From Desulfobacteraceae bacterium UBA2156 (lineage in GTDB: Bacteria > Desulfobacterota > Desulfobacteria > Desulfobacterales > UBA2156), in NCBI GenBank assembly GCA_002328165.1, contig DCWS01000012.1, positions 8,225 to 72,224 of the forward strand: a stretch of DNA of 64,000 bases, in the 5' to 3' direction. Positions 9,567 through 19,800 of the stretch are shown in pieces. Position 1 is the stretch's first letter, and every line of letters starts with the position of its first letter. Position numbers and translations under genes: made by a program. The notes under the pieces were generated by a model. The model ran no database searches and was not told where the DNA came from. It worked only from the letters and a program-made list of their open reading frames with translations.

Positions 9567-10880
9567 ATGCCTGATGTTGTTTTCACGCTCGCTTTTTTGT
9601 TTTTTGCTTTTTTGTTTATTCTTTTTTGGATGATACTGAAACGAAAAACAAAAAACACCTTTTCCGCTGTGGATGAACAATTGAGGCCCTTTGAAAAAAG
9701 GCAGGCGCATCTTGAGCACGTGGTAAAAGATGAAATAGCCCGAAACCGGGAAGAAACAGCAAACAGCGACAAACGGACACGGGAAGAACTCAGCCAATCT
9801 TTGAGGGGCTCAAGCGATTCATTGCTAATGCGATTGACAGAACATTTTGGCATGTACAAAAATCAGCTCGACTCATTTTCCAAACAACTTGGGGAGATGA
9901 CCAAACTCAACCAGGAAAAACTTGAACAGATGCGCAATACTGTGGAGAGACAGCTGCGGGTATTACAGGAAGAGAACAGCAAAAAACTGGAACAGATGCG
10001 GTCAACGGTTGACGAAAAACTGCAGACCACTTTGGAAAAACGTCTGGGCGAATCTTTTAAACAGGTGAGCGAACGATTGGAACAGGTCTATAAGGGTTTG
10101 GGGGAAATGCGCAGCCTGGCCTCCGGTGTGGGCGATTTGAAAAAGGTTCTGACAAATGTGAAGACCCGCGGAACTTGGGGGGAAATAAGACTTGGAAATA
10201 TTCTGGAGCAAATACTGACACCGGAGCAGTATGAAGTGAACGTTGCAATAAAAAAGAACAGCAGTGACCGGGTGGAATTTGCCATAAAGTTGCCCGGGCA
10301 GAATGTGGATAAAGATACGATAGTCTGGATGCCGATTGACTCCAAATTCCCCCAGGAGGACTACCAGCGATTGATCGATGCCCAGGAGGCAGCCGATAAA
10401 GAACAGGCTGAAAAATCGATAAAAAGCCTGGAAACACGCATAAAGTTAGAAGCAAAAGAAATCAAAGAAAAATATATTGACCCTCCCTATACCACCGATT
10501 TCGGCATCATGTTTTTGCCGGTCGAAGGATTATATGCAGAAGTTCTGCGCCGGCCCGGCCTGTGCGATACGCTGCAAAGAGAGTATCGTGTTGTTGTGAC
10601 CGGGCCGACGACCCTTGCCGCTTTATTGAACAGCCTGCAGATGGGGTTCAGGACACTGGCCATTGAAAAGCGTTCCAGTGAAGTGTGGGAACTGCTGGGT
10701 GCGGTTAAGACCCAGTTTGGCCAATTCGGTGACGCACTGTCAAAGACCAAAAAGAAACTCCAGGAAGCCAGTAACAGCATCGATAGCGCGGAGATCCGCA
10801 CCCGCGCCATCGAGCGAAAATTGAGGGATGTGCAGGAAATACCCGAAAAAGACCCGGTAGAATTGATCGAAAAAGATTAA
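9567..10880 (+). CDS. rmuC: DNA recombination protein RmuC
   Basis: 437 aa with an N-terminal TM segment, a long coiled-coil region, and a C-terminal RmuC nuclease-like region ('DFGIMFLPVEGLYAEVLRRPGL', 'VVVTGPTTLAALLNSLQMGF'). Confidence 0.85.
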   Translation: MPDVVFTLAFLFFAFLFILFWMILKRKTKNTFSAVDEQLRPFEKRQAHLEHVVKDEIARNREETANSDKRTREELSQSLRGSSDSLLMRLTEHFGMYKNQLDSFSKQLGEMTKLNQEKLEQMRNTVERQLRVLQEENSKKLEQMRSTVDEKLQTTLEKRLGESFKQVSERLEQVYKGLGEMRSLASGVGDLKKVLTNVKTRGTWGEIRLGNILEQILTPEQYEVNVAIKKNSSDRVEFAIKLPGQNVDKDTIVWMPIDSKFPQEDYQRLIDAQEAADKEQAEKSIKSLETRIKLEAKEIKEKYIDPPYTTDFGIMFLPVEGLYAEVLRRPGLCDTLQREYRVVVTGPTTLAALLNSLQMGFRTLAIEKRSSEVWELLGAVKTQFGQFGDALSKTKKKLQEASNSIDSAEIRTRAIERKLRDVQEIPEKDPVELIEKD

Positions 10881-11025
10881 TCCAACCTTCCAAAGCCCGT
10901 TATTTTATCAACTTCTATTGCAAATCTGCAACGGATTGATAGGGGATACGGTCGGATAATGCCTTTTCTAACCCGGCCAGGAAAATAATGGGAATCGTCA
11001 AAAAGTCATAAAAAGGAAAGACAAA

Positions 11026-11430
11026 ATGAAGAAGAATTCCTGGCGTATTGCTTGTGTGGGTGCGGGACTGATCGGTCAGGGCTGGACAACCCTGTTTTCT
11101 TCAAAAGGTTATCAGGTGATATTGCAGGATGTCAGCAAAACCGTCCTTGAAGGTTCGCTGAGAGCGATAAATAAAAATCTGATGTTTCTCGAAGCCAAAA
11201 CCATTTTGAAACCGGGTGAGTCTGCTGCGGCCATGAAACGAATAAAGACGACCAGGGATATTTCAGAATCGGCCGATTCAGCGGACTATGTCCAGGAGTC
11301 CGTTTTTGATGACCTTCAACTTAAAAGCCGGGTTTTTAAAGAAATTTTTTTAATTTCCTCTGCTTTTGGGGATGCGTTGACCGGATCACCCGGCCGGGTG
11401 AGTCCCTTTTCCAGAGGCCTTCCACGTTGA
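11026..11430 (+). pseudogene. 3'-truncated 3-hydroxyacyl-CoA dehydrogenase family gene (lambda-crystallin / L-carnitine dehydrogenase-like)
   Basis: Only the Rossmann N-terminus is recognisable ('IACVGAGLIGQGWTTLF', 'YVQESVFDDLQLKSRVFKEI'). Homology stops near 11340 and the tail is antisense read-through into the neighbouring gene. Confidence 0.6.
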
Positions 11431-11996
11431 AATACCGTAAGAAGAGGGAAGAGAACAATGAAAACGAGCCCTCCCAACAGCAGATATGCGTTTCGCCACC
11501 CTACTGTCTGTATGGCATATTGTATGAGAGGGATCAGAATAAGTGTTCCCATACCTCGTCCGGTGTTTGCAATGCCGAGCGCCAGAGCTCGGTGTCTAAA
11601 AAACCAGTTCGAGATGATAAGCACATTGGGAATGAAGCCGATATGAGTGACACCGGTGGCCATGAGGATTCCGTAAAAAACGTAAAGCTGCCACAAGGAG
11701 GAGATGAAACTCGAACTCAAAACCCCTATGGTGAGAACGATCACCCCAAACGGCATAACTCTACGTGAACCAAACCGGTCAAACAACCAGCCGACCAGAG
11801 GACCGCAGGCACTGAAGACAAGCATGCTAATGGAGTATGCCGCTGCCGTGTTAGCCCTGCTCCAGTGGAATTCCTCCAAGATCGCAAAAGAGCCATTGGT
11901 GGATCCCCCAACAGCCAATGTAAGGGAGGAAATCCCTACCACGACCCAACCATAAAAAAATCGAGATTTCCGATGAGTTGTCAGCGCTCCCCTCAA
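11316..11996 (-). pseudogene. 3'-truncated MFS transporter gene (N-terminal six-TM half only)
   Basis: 226 aa with 6 TM segments plus the central loop ('RGRPLEKGLTRPGDP'). The second half is missing and the ORF runs into the convergent dehydrogenase remnant. Confidence 0.6.
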
Positions 11997-12184
11997 AGCA
12001 ACCCCATCTGAGGCATCAAAATTCGGTTGGCCGAATTCAGCCGTATGTGGAACAAAACTGGGGACCTATGGAGCAAGAAATTTCTTTCTGTTGAAGTGGC
12101 TATGTAGATCTTAGACATATGTGTCAAATAAAAGGGCCACAAGATAGAACCGGGATAGAGGGCCAAAGGTGATGTTTGATACCA

Positions 12185-12331
12185 TTAAATATTAAAATTA
12201 AATAACGGCCTCGGAGGGTGGATCTGTTTCACATCGTGTCCCAGTGATTCGAGTTCCTTTTCTATCCATCACAGAACAGTAGCGGTATTTCCGTTTGTTT
12301 TAGCGCTACCCAGTAGAGTAACGACTTTCAT
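12185..12331 (-). pseudogene. Remnant of a flavodoxin-like NAD(P)H-dependent FMN reductase gene with an in-frame TGA
   Basis: My own translation gives AGGAGA-N7-ATG, then 'MKVVTLLGSAKTNGNTATVL*WIEKELESLGHDVKQI'. The TGA is at 12269-12271. Only about 45 codons of a normally ~180-codon gene remain. Confidence 0.45.
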
Positions 12332-12733
12332 AATCAGTTCTCCTATGTGATTATTCTTAAGAACACTCTACAAATGCGTATGGCCCATATGGCTCTGACC
12401 TTTACAAATGCAGTACATAAAAAATTGTAATTCTATTCCTCGTATTTAGTTAATCAGAAATAGTGCACATTGATAGACACATTCCTGTGAAAACGGATAA
12501 CGATCAAACACGGGGAAAACTCCAATATCGAAAGCCGGAAAGGTACTGGAAAGTTATATTTTGATGAACATTGTATTTGCTATTCTGCACTAGAAAATAA
12601 CATATAGGGATGTAATAGACAATTTTTTCGCCAATCTGTTCAATGTCTTTCCTGTTCATCTCCTACTTTAATCAGCAAGTATCATTCTGGTGTTCAAGTC
12701 TCTCTACCCTTTTTGTTTCGGTTTCGGAAACTA

Positions 12734-14062
12734 TCAGCTATTCTTGCCGTTACGATGTTGCAAGCGGACCCTGATGGAATGCGCATGTGCATCCAGCCCT
12801 TCGATTTCAGCCAAGCGGATGATCGCTTTTGCCTCCTGATTGAAGGCAGAACGGGAGTAGTGAAGGATATTTGTTTTCTTGATAAAGTGATCCACCGAAA
12901 GGCCTGAAGCAAATCTTGCCGTACCGGCGGTGGGGAGCACATGGTTTGGCCCAGCCATATAATCCCCAACCGGTTCAGGGGTATAATCTCCGACAAACAC
13001 GGCGCCCGCATTACGGATTTGTCCGATGTAGTCAAAAGGATCCTTGATATGCAATTCAAGATGCTCCGGTGCAATGCGGTTTGAAATTTCCATAGCGGTA
13101 TCTAAATCAGGCACCACCAGGATACCACCATACCGGGAAAGCGATTTTTGGGCGATCTCTTTGCGTAAAAGACTTTCTAGCTGCGTCCTTACAGCCAAAG
13201 CAACCGCGCCGGCGATTTCATGAGAATCGGTCACCAACAGAGCTGAAGCCAAGGGATCATGTTCTGCCTGGGAAAGAAGATCCGCAGCGGTAAATTCCGG
13301 ATTAGCGGTTCGATCAGCGATAATCAGAATTTCACTTGGCCCGGCGACTAGATCTATGCCGACAAGGTCTGTCACTATTTTTTTTGCCAGGGAAACGTAG
13401 ATATTGCCGGGCCCTACAATCACATCCACCTTCGGAACCGTCTCCGTACCAAAAGCCAATGCGGCGATTCCCCAGGCACTTCCGACCTTATAGACATCAC
13501 GGATTCCGACTTTCTTTGCAGCAACAAGAAGATGGGGATTTACACCTCCCTCCGTGGTTGACGGCGTTACCATCACCACCTTTTCTACACCGGCTATTCT
13601 GGCTGGAATGGCACACATCAGTATCGATGAGACCAATGGGGTCTTTCCGCCCCTTCCACCTGGAACATATATCCCTACTGATCCGACCGGATTGATCAGC
13701 TGTCCAAGCAATGTCCCGGGCCTATCCGTATCAATCCATGACGTCTTCAGTTGTTTTTGATGAAACGCCGTTATTTGGGATGCCGCACGACCTAAAGCCA
13801 GTTTAAATGACCGGTCTGTAAAAGATGCAGCGTTATCGATCTCTTTTTCCGTCGTCTTCAAGGTGTTTGCGGTCATGCCAGGGGAATCAAAACGCCGAAT
13901 ATATTTTACCAGAGCACGATCGCCGTTTTTTTTGACATCATCAAGGATACGGCTAACCCTTAGAAAGTCTTTCTTTTTGAAGCCGAGACCCCGGTTGATA
14001 ATGGCTGAAAGCCTTTTTTCAGCCTCTTGTGAAGGGAAGTTGTAGATTTTCATTTCCGCCAT
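12734..14062 (-). CDS. hisD: Histidinol dehydrogenase
   Basis: 442 aa with 'LLSQAEHDPLASALL', 'GPSEILIIAD' and 'GDYMAGPNHVLPT'. Confidence 0.9.
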   Translation of the reverse strand: MAEMKIYNFPSQEAEKRLSAIINRGLGFKKKDFLRVSRILDDVKKNGDRALVKYIRRFDSPGMTANTLKTTEKEIDNAASFTDRSFKLALGRAASQITAFHQKQLKTSWIDTDRPGTLLGQLINPVGSVGIYVPGGRGGKTPLVSSILMCAIPARIAGVEKVVMVTPSTTEGGVNPHLLVAAKKVGIRDVYKVGSAWGIAALAFGTETVPKVDVIVGPGNIYVSLAKKIVTDLVGIDLVAGPSEILIIADRTANPEFTAADLLSQAEHDPLASALLVTDSHEIAGAVALAVRTQLESLLRKEIAQKSLSRYGGILVVPDLDTAMEISNRIAPEHLELHIKDPFDYIGQIRNAGAVFVGDYTPEPVGDYMAGPNHVLPTAGTARFASGLSVDHFIKKTNILHYSRSAFNQEAKAIIRLAEIEGLDAHAHSIRVRLQHRNGKNS

Positions 14063-14360
14063 CTTTCTTTTTTTAGATTTTCCACTTATATTACAGGATC
14101 GTTTATGGATTTAGTGCTGCTTGAATCGATTTTCAAATAGGGTCCTTCGGTTTTACTTTTTAAGGTTTATTTTGAATCAGGGTTATTTGTCAACACGAAG
14201 CGTCATCATGGTCTATCAAAAATACCCGTTGACATATTTTTTAGATCTGCATAGATGGATGTGCTCTGCACATATGAAGGGTGAACCCAAATTCGACGAT
14301 CCGATGGATCGGCCCTGGGAAACTTGACGAATGAGTTTTGATTCAAGATGGAGGAAATCG

Positions 14361-15449
14361 ATGGAGAGAAACAGGATATATAATTTCAATGCAGGGCCCG
14401 CTGCCCTTCCTTTTCCTGTTTTGGAAGAAATACAGGATTCGTTTTTCAATTTTGCAGGGTCCGGGATGTCGATTATCGAGATGAGTCACAGATCCAAATG
14501 GTTTCAAGATGTTATAGATGATGTCATCACAAGAATCAGGCGCATTCTAAAGCTTGACGAAAAATTTCATGTCCTTTTTCTCCAAGGGGGTGCCAGCATG
14601 CAATTTTGCATGATCCCTATGAATTTTTTAAATAGGGAAAACCTGGCAGATTACGTTAATACCGGAACCTGGTCAACAAAGGCGATTAAAGAGGCACGGA
14701 TACAACACAAACGCATAAAGGTGGTCGCTTCCTCGGAGGATAAAAATTTTTCTTATATCCCGGACAAAATTCAATTCAACAGTGATGCGGTCTACTGCCA
14801 TATCACATCAAACAATACCATTAAGGGAACTCAGTGGTCGTCGTTTCCGGATACAAAAGACGTGCCACTGATCGCAGACATGTCATCCGATATTTTTTGG
14901 AGATTCTTTGACGTGGAAAAATTCGGACTGATCTACGCCGGTGCTCAGAAAAATATGGGACCCGCAGGGGTGTGTATGGTCATTATTCGAGACGACATGC
15001 TCGAACGGATACCCGACCACCTGCCGACGATGCTCAAGTATACCACTTTTGCTGAAAAAAACTCGCTGTATAATACACCGCCCTGTTTTGGTATTTATGT
15101 GATCCAACTGGTGCTGAAGTGGTTGGAGGAAACCGTTGGCGGTATTAAAAAAATGGAAGGAATCAATCGCAAAAAGGCGGGGCTTTTATACAGAACAATA
15201 GATGAAAGCGGCTTTTACAAAGGCACGGCAATGCCTGAAAGCCGTTCGATGATGAACATTACTTTTCGGTTGCCCAATGAAGATTTGGAGGTGGCATTTG
15301 TCAAAAATGCCGTTGAAAGCGGCCTGGGTGGTCTCCAAGGACACCGATCCGTCGGCGGGTGCCGGGCATCGATTTACAATCCCACGTCCCTTGAGGCGGT
15401 TTCCGCCCTTGTCGATTTTATGGGAGCGTTTGAACAAAAACATGGATGA
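14361..15449 (+). CDS. serC: Phosphoserine aminotransferase
   Basis: From ORF 14331..15449. Start set at MERNRIYNFNAGPAALP with GGAGGA 5 nt upstream. 'GAQKNMGPAGV' carries the PLP lysine. Confidence 0.9.
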   Translation: MERNRIYNFNAGPAALPFPVLEEIQDSFFNFAGSGMSIIEMSHRSKWFQDVIDDVITRIRRILKLDEKFHVLFLQGGASMQFCMIPMNFLNRENLADYVNTGTWSTKAIKEARIQHKRIKVVASSEDKNFSYIPDKIQFNSDAVYCHITSNNTIKGTQWSSFPDTKDVPLIADMSSDIFWRFFDVEKFGLIYAGAQKNMGPAGVCMVIIRDDMLERIPDHLPTMLKYTTFAEKNSLYNTPPCFGIYVIQLVLKWLEETVGGIKKMEGINRKKAGLLYRTIDESGFYKGTAMPESRSMMNITFRLPNEDLEVAFVKNAVESGLGGLQGHRSVGGCRASIYNPTSLEAVSALVDFMGAFEQKHG

Positions 15450-15838
15450 AACCGTTTTTAATCCTGTTCCGACCGGAATTCGATAACGAGGTGATCCAAA
15501 AGATGTCACAAGAAAACGATATCGTGCTGCTATATGTTGAAGAGAACCCCCTTGTTTTTGTCAGAATTGAAGAGATTTCTCCGGATGTCAAAGCAGGTTG
15601 GTACCGTATAAAACTGCTCATTTTGCAGCTACCCCTCCAGACCGTGACTTGGATTTTACGAGATTCCTATATTAACGGTGATACCTTTACCATGGATGGG
15701 AAAAAAATGAAGCTGGAAAGGGTGGTATGTCCGGAAAATTCAAAAAAGGAAGATCCTCTTTTGAAAAAAAAATTCGTGAAAAAGGATTCGCACTCCGCAA
15801 AGGTGATATCACTGACAGATATGAAAAAAAACAGCTGA
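15446..15838 (+). CDS. Hypothetical protein (130 aa), translationally coupled to both neighbours
   Basis: Its ATG overlaps the serC stop (ATGA at 15446-15449) and its TGA overlaps the next ATG (TGATG at 15836-15840). I recognised no family. Confidence 0.45.
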   Translation: MKPFLILFRPEFDNEVIQKMSQENDIVLLYVEENPLVFVRIEEISPDVKAGWYRIKLLILQLPLQTVTWILRDSYINGDTFTMDGKKMKLERVVCPENSKKEDPLLKKKFVKKDSHSAKVISLTDMKKNS

Positions 15839-16722
15839 TGGAACCTTCCACCCGGATCGTAATTTCTGCGTCTAGAAGGACGGATGTCCCCGCCTTCTAT
15901 ATGAAATGGTTCATGAAGCAGATCGAAAAGGGAATTTTTGAGATTACCAATCCCTACAACAGGCGTGTATCCAACCTGCCATCAACACCTGAAAAAGTCC
16001 ACACCATCGTATTTTGGTCAAAAAATTTCGGCCCCTTTATAAAAGGAGGGCTCGGCAATAGACTGGAAAAAATGGGATACAATCTCTTTTTTAACTTCAC
16101 CCTCAACTCGGATTCCCCCTGGCTTGAGCCGAACGTTCCACCTTTGGGCAAACGCCTCGATCAACTGGCAGTCTTGACGGATCGTTTTACCCCTGAGAGT
16201 GTTAACTGGAGATTTGATCCCATCTGTTTCTATCAGACGGAAAAAGGGGGGATACGGGACAATCTCGATGACTTCTCGCGCATCGCCCGTCAGGCCGGCC
16301 AAAACGGAATCTCAAGGTGTATCACCAGTTTCATGGATGATTATCCGAAGATTCAAAAACGGGTCCGAAAAATAAACGAATCCATACCCGGATTTTCATT
16401 TGTTGATCCTGGCATCGAAAAGAAAAAAAAGGTGATGCTTGCGATGGAACAGGAGCTTAAAGGAAAAAACATACGGCTTCAGGCCTGTTGTGAAAAAAGG
16501 ATCATCAATGTTCTTCCCGCATCGTCGGTCATCACACAAAGTGCTTGCATCCCGAACGATCTGCTCGTCAAAATTTTTGGCGGACATCTTTCTTTGAAAA
16601 TAGATACGGGTCAGCGGATAAAAGATGGGTGCGGTTGTATGGTCTCTGTTGATGTTGGATCTTATCACCTGCAACCATGCCATCATAACTGCCTTTTCTG
16701 TTATGCAAACCCCTCCATTTAG
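15838..16722 (+). CDS. DUF1848 domain protein
   Basis: From ORF 15727..16722. Start set at MEPSTRIVISASRRTDVPAFY. The C-terminal Cys cluster is 'CGCMVSVDVGSYHLQPCHHNCLFCYAN'. Confidence 0.65.
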   Translation: MEPSTRIVISASRRTDVPAFYMKWFMKQIEKGIFEITNPYNRRVSNLPSTPEKVHTIVFWSKNFGPFIKGGLGNRLEKMGYNLFFNFTLNSDSPWLEPNVPPLGKRLDQLAVLTDRFTPESVNWRFDPICFYQTEKGGIRDNLDDFSRIARQAGQNGISRCITSFMDDYPKIQKRVRKINESIPGFSFVDPGIEKKKKVMLAMEQELKGKNIRLQACCEKRIINVLPASSVITQSACIPNDLLVKIFGGHLSLKIDTGQRIKDGCGCMVSVDVGSYHLQPCHHNCLFCYANPSI

Positions 16723-16747
16723 AAAACTTCAGGCAACAGGTGTATGA

Positions 16748-17743
16748 ATGAAAATTGGTACCCTTGTTTTGGATAATAACCTGGTTATGGCGCCGCTCTC
16801 CGGAATATCCAACCTTCCGTTCCGGTTATTGGCCAGGGGGATGGGATGTGCCTTGGTCTGTTCGGAGATGGTCAGTGCCCACGGCTTGATTCAAAGATCG
16901 GAAAAGACCGAAAAGATGCTTTGCAGTGATCCAAAAGAAAAACCTCTCTCCATTCAGATTTTTGGCGCGGACCCTGACATCATGGCTGAAGCAGCCCGTA
17001 TCGTTGAATCAAAAGGCGCCAGCATACTCGATATTAACTTTGGCTGCTCGGTAAAAAAGGTGATCAAAACCGGAGCGGGTGCCGCTTTGATGAAGACACC
17101 CAAAAAGGTGGAGGCGCTGATAAAGGCAGTTCGAAAATCGATAACCATTCCCCTGACCGTAAAAATGAGGTCCGGGTGGGACAGGTCTGGTGACCAGGCC
17201 CTTCGCATCGCCGAAATCGCTGATGCATGCGGGGTGGACGCTGTCATTGTCCATCCGCGGGTCGCTACCCAGGGATTTGGGGGAACCGCTGACTGGTCCA
17301 TTATCGAAAAAATAAAAACGGCGATATCCGTTCCGGTTATTGGAAACGGAGACATCAAAGGGGCGGCGGATGCGATTTTAATGCAAAACACGACCGGATG
17401 TGACGGAATAATGATCGGCCGGGGGGCAATTGGAAATCCATGGTTATTTTCACAAATATTGTCCTGTTTTCGGGATGGAGAAATTCCATCTGTGAGCCTT
17501 GATCAGCGATTTGAAATGATGAAACAATATGTGGATTCCACCATAAGATGCCAGGGTGAAAAGCGGGGGTGCCATATGATGCGCAGTCGTCTCGGCTGGT
17601 TTGTAAAAGGGCTCCCGGGCAGCAACAAGTTTCGAGAATCGATAAAGCGAATTGCGTCTGAAGATGAAACGATACATTTGATCAAATCATACCTAAATGA
17701 TTTACAGAAGGTGTCCGTTCAAAACCCCACTGCTACTCCGTAA
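16748..17743 (+). CDS. dusB: tRNA-dihydrouridine synthase (DusB-like)
   Basis: 'VMAPLSGISNLPFRLL', 'LDINFGCSVKKV' (catalytic Cys) and 'IGRGAIGNPWLF'. Confidence 0.8.
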   Translation: MKIGTLVLDNNLVMAPLSGISNLPFRLLARGMGCALVCSEMVSAHGLIQRSEKTEKMLCSDPKEKPLSIQIFGADPDIMAEAARIVESKGASILDINFGCSVKKVIKTGAGAALMKTPKKVEALIKAVRKSITIPLTVKMRSGWDRSGDQALRIAEIADACGVDAVIVHPRVATQGFGGTADWSIIEKIKTAISVPVIGNGDIKGAADAILMQNTTGCDGIMIGRGAIGNPWLFSQILSCFRDGEIPSVSLDQRFEMMKQYVDSTIRCQGEKRGCHMMRSRLGWFVKGLPGSNKFRESIKRIASEDETIHLIKSYLNDLQKVSVQNPTATP

Positions 17744-17867
17744 AGCCATCTCTCAAATAAACTTGACCTTGATGAAAACCTCTACCCGTTTTATTATAAG
17801 GAAGACAGTCATTTGTTTCAAATCGATATTAAAAGATAAAAAGATCGGCTGAAAAAGGAGAAAAAAC

Positions 17868-18806
17868 ATGAAAAATCACCGGATGGCGATTGTGGGGATC
17901 GGGGCTACCGGTTGCGTCCTGGCGGCGGCGTTGCTCGACAAATACCCAGAAACCGTTCTTGTCGGTCACAGGGCTGAACAGGGTGAGATACTCAAAAAAG
18001 AAGGCGTCAACGTTTCAGGAGCCTTGACTTTGAAGGGAACGGTTAACAATTATCGTAACCAGATTGGCGCGTTGAGTCACTTCAACCCCACGCTCATTTT
18101 TCTTTCCACAAAAACCTTTCACCTCAAAGAAGTCCTTGAGGAACTTGAAAACATTTATCGACCCGGAATGAAGATTATTCCGACGCAAAATGGTCTGGGG
18201 ACAGAAGACCTTGTGGCGGACAGATTCGGCACTGAAGCCGTCTTCCGAATATCACTAAATTTTGGGGTTTCATTGAAAAGTCCAGGGGCCGCGACAGCGG
18301 CCTTTTTCAACCGACCCAACCATATGGGTGGATTTGCCCAAAAGAATCGAAAACAGGGGGTTCAGATTGCCAAAATGCTCACCGATTGCGGATTGGAGAC
18401 CGATTTCGTCAATGACATCAAACGTTATATATGGAAAAAAATGATCATGAAATGCACCATGGCCTCCATTTGTGCGATTACCGACCTGACCATAAAAGAG
18501 GCTTTGGATTTTCCCCCCACAAGAGAAATAGCAAATGCTTGTTTTCAGGAAGCCATGGCTGTTTCAAAGGCGGTCGGTTACGACTTGGGAGAAGATTATC
18601 TTAAACAAACCTTCGGGTACCTAGATAAGGTCGGCAGCCACAAAGACTCCATGTGCCATGACATCGAAAATAAAAAACCGACAGAAATTGATTTTTTAGG
18701 AGGAAAGATCGTAGATTATGCTCGTGCAAAGGGAGTCCCAACACCATTTTATATGGCCATGACCAACCTGGTTAAGACATTTGAAGAGAAGTATCGCGGA
18801 AGTTAG
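17868..18806 (+). CDS. 2-dehydropantoate 2-reductase family protein (PanE/ApbA-like)
   Basis: N-terminal Rossmann 'MAIVGIGATGCVLAAAL', then 'PTQNGLG', and the C-terminal 'SMCHDIENKKPTEIDFLGGKIV' typical of ketopantoate reductases. Confidence 0.7.
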   Translation: MKNHRMAIVGIGATGCVLAAALLDKYPETVLVGHRAEQGEILKKEGVNVSGALTLKGTVNNYRNQIGALSHFNPTLIFLSTKTFHLKEVLEELENIYRPGMKIIPTQNGLGTEDLVADRFGTEAVFRISLNFGVSLKSPGAATAAFFNRPNHMGGFAQKNRKQGVQIAKMLTDCGLETDFVNDIKRYIWKKMIMKCTMASICAITDLTIKEALDFPPTREIANACFQEAMAVSKAVGYDLGEDYLKQTFGYLDKVGSHKDSMCHDIENKKPTEIDFLGGKIVDYARAKGVPTPFYMAMTNLVKTFEEKYRGS

Positions 18807-18975
18807 TGGATCGGCCATCCCGCACCTTCTGCCTGCGCTTACAGCTAGAGGCGATCGCAACCCATTTGCGTACAGGGATCGGGTCCGCTGATCGTCAAAA
18901 AAGGTTTGTATGCCGGAGCGCAATCATTTGAAGGAAATCAGGAAAGACCACCAAGGGTGTGAGAATTTATTATTA

Positions 18976-18990
18976 ACTCGAGTTTCACAC
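18976..18990 (+). repeat. Copy C of motif (ACTCGAGTTTCACAC) inside an imperfect hairpin
   Basis: It lies in the loop and 3' arm of the hairpin CCAAGGGTGTGA (18951-18962) / TCACACCTTGG (18985-18995), between convergent genes. Confidence 0.3.
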
Positions 18991-19003
18991 CTTGGCTTGG
19001 GCA

Positions 19004-19549
19004 TCACCAGTACCGAATTTGGCCGACATCGACATGCACAAAATTTGACCGTCGATAATATCCCACTCCCCCCTGTTTTAGGTTCATGCTTGTCCTGCGC
19101 AACAAAGCGGTTTTGAACTTCGGTAGGCGAATATCAACCGCCTTTCCCCATACATGCATGCTATTTTTAGCTACTCTCCGACTTTTCTTGCGCAGCATTG
19201 CATTTGTGGACGGTGAGCGATATCCGGAAATAACATGAAAGGGTGAACGTGTATTGAGTTTCAGTGAAATGGCACAAAGCAGGTCAAGAAGCCGGATATC
19301 TATCGGCTTGATCTCTCCGGTGCGATGATCGCGCAGGATATAATTAATCTCTTCCAGCGCATTCAGTTGATACTTTCCTCTAATATAATAGTTGACAAAA
19401 AGGCGTTCGGTGGTTTGGGTACTATAAAGGGAAAGCGATCTGCGGGAAGGCAAAGACCGTTTCGCGTGTGCAAGCGCGAGAGCCGGCTGGAAAGAAGCCA
19501 TCGCAGAGAAGATTCCGAATTTAAGGAAATGACGACGGTTACATAGCAT
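19004..19549 (-). CDS. DUF882 / peptidase M15 family protein (YcbK/MepK-like) with Tat signal
   Basis: 'RRHFLKFG' Tat motif, plus 'VISGYRSPSTN', 'HVWGKAVDI' and 'FVHVD' metal-ligand motifs. Confidence 0.75.
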   Translation of the reverse strand: MLCNRRHFLKFGIFSAMASFQPALALAHAKRSLPSRRSLSLYSTQTTERLFVNYYIRGKYQLNALEEINYILRDHRTGEIKPIDIRLLDLLCAISLKLNTRSPFHVISGYRSPSTNAMLRKKSRRVAKNSMHVWGKAVDIRLPKFKTALLRRTSMNLKQGGVGYYRRSNFVHVDVGQIRYW

Positions 19550-19800
19550 TATTTTAGTGTGTGCCCAGTTTCTGAAAATTTTTTTAATGTCTCATATACA
19601 ACACTTTACCGGATGTCAAGAGAGAGAATAAAATTATCGCAAAAAGAAAGAGGCCCGCATGGCTCTTCAATAAAGTCGCCATCTGTCTTGACTCTCTTAA
19701 ATGTTTATGACATATAAGAAGATTTTTCGGGGTCATATCCGGCTCGGGACAAAAACCCTTCCCCAAACAAATAGACTACCAGACGCTGCGGAGGTACAAT

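Noticed and set aside
19584-19766. The 60-aa minus-strand ORF upstream of gltA with a hydrophobic C-terminus.
   Set aside because: It has no RBS, lies in the gltA/DUF882 divergent promoter region, and shows no homology signal that I can recognise.
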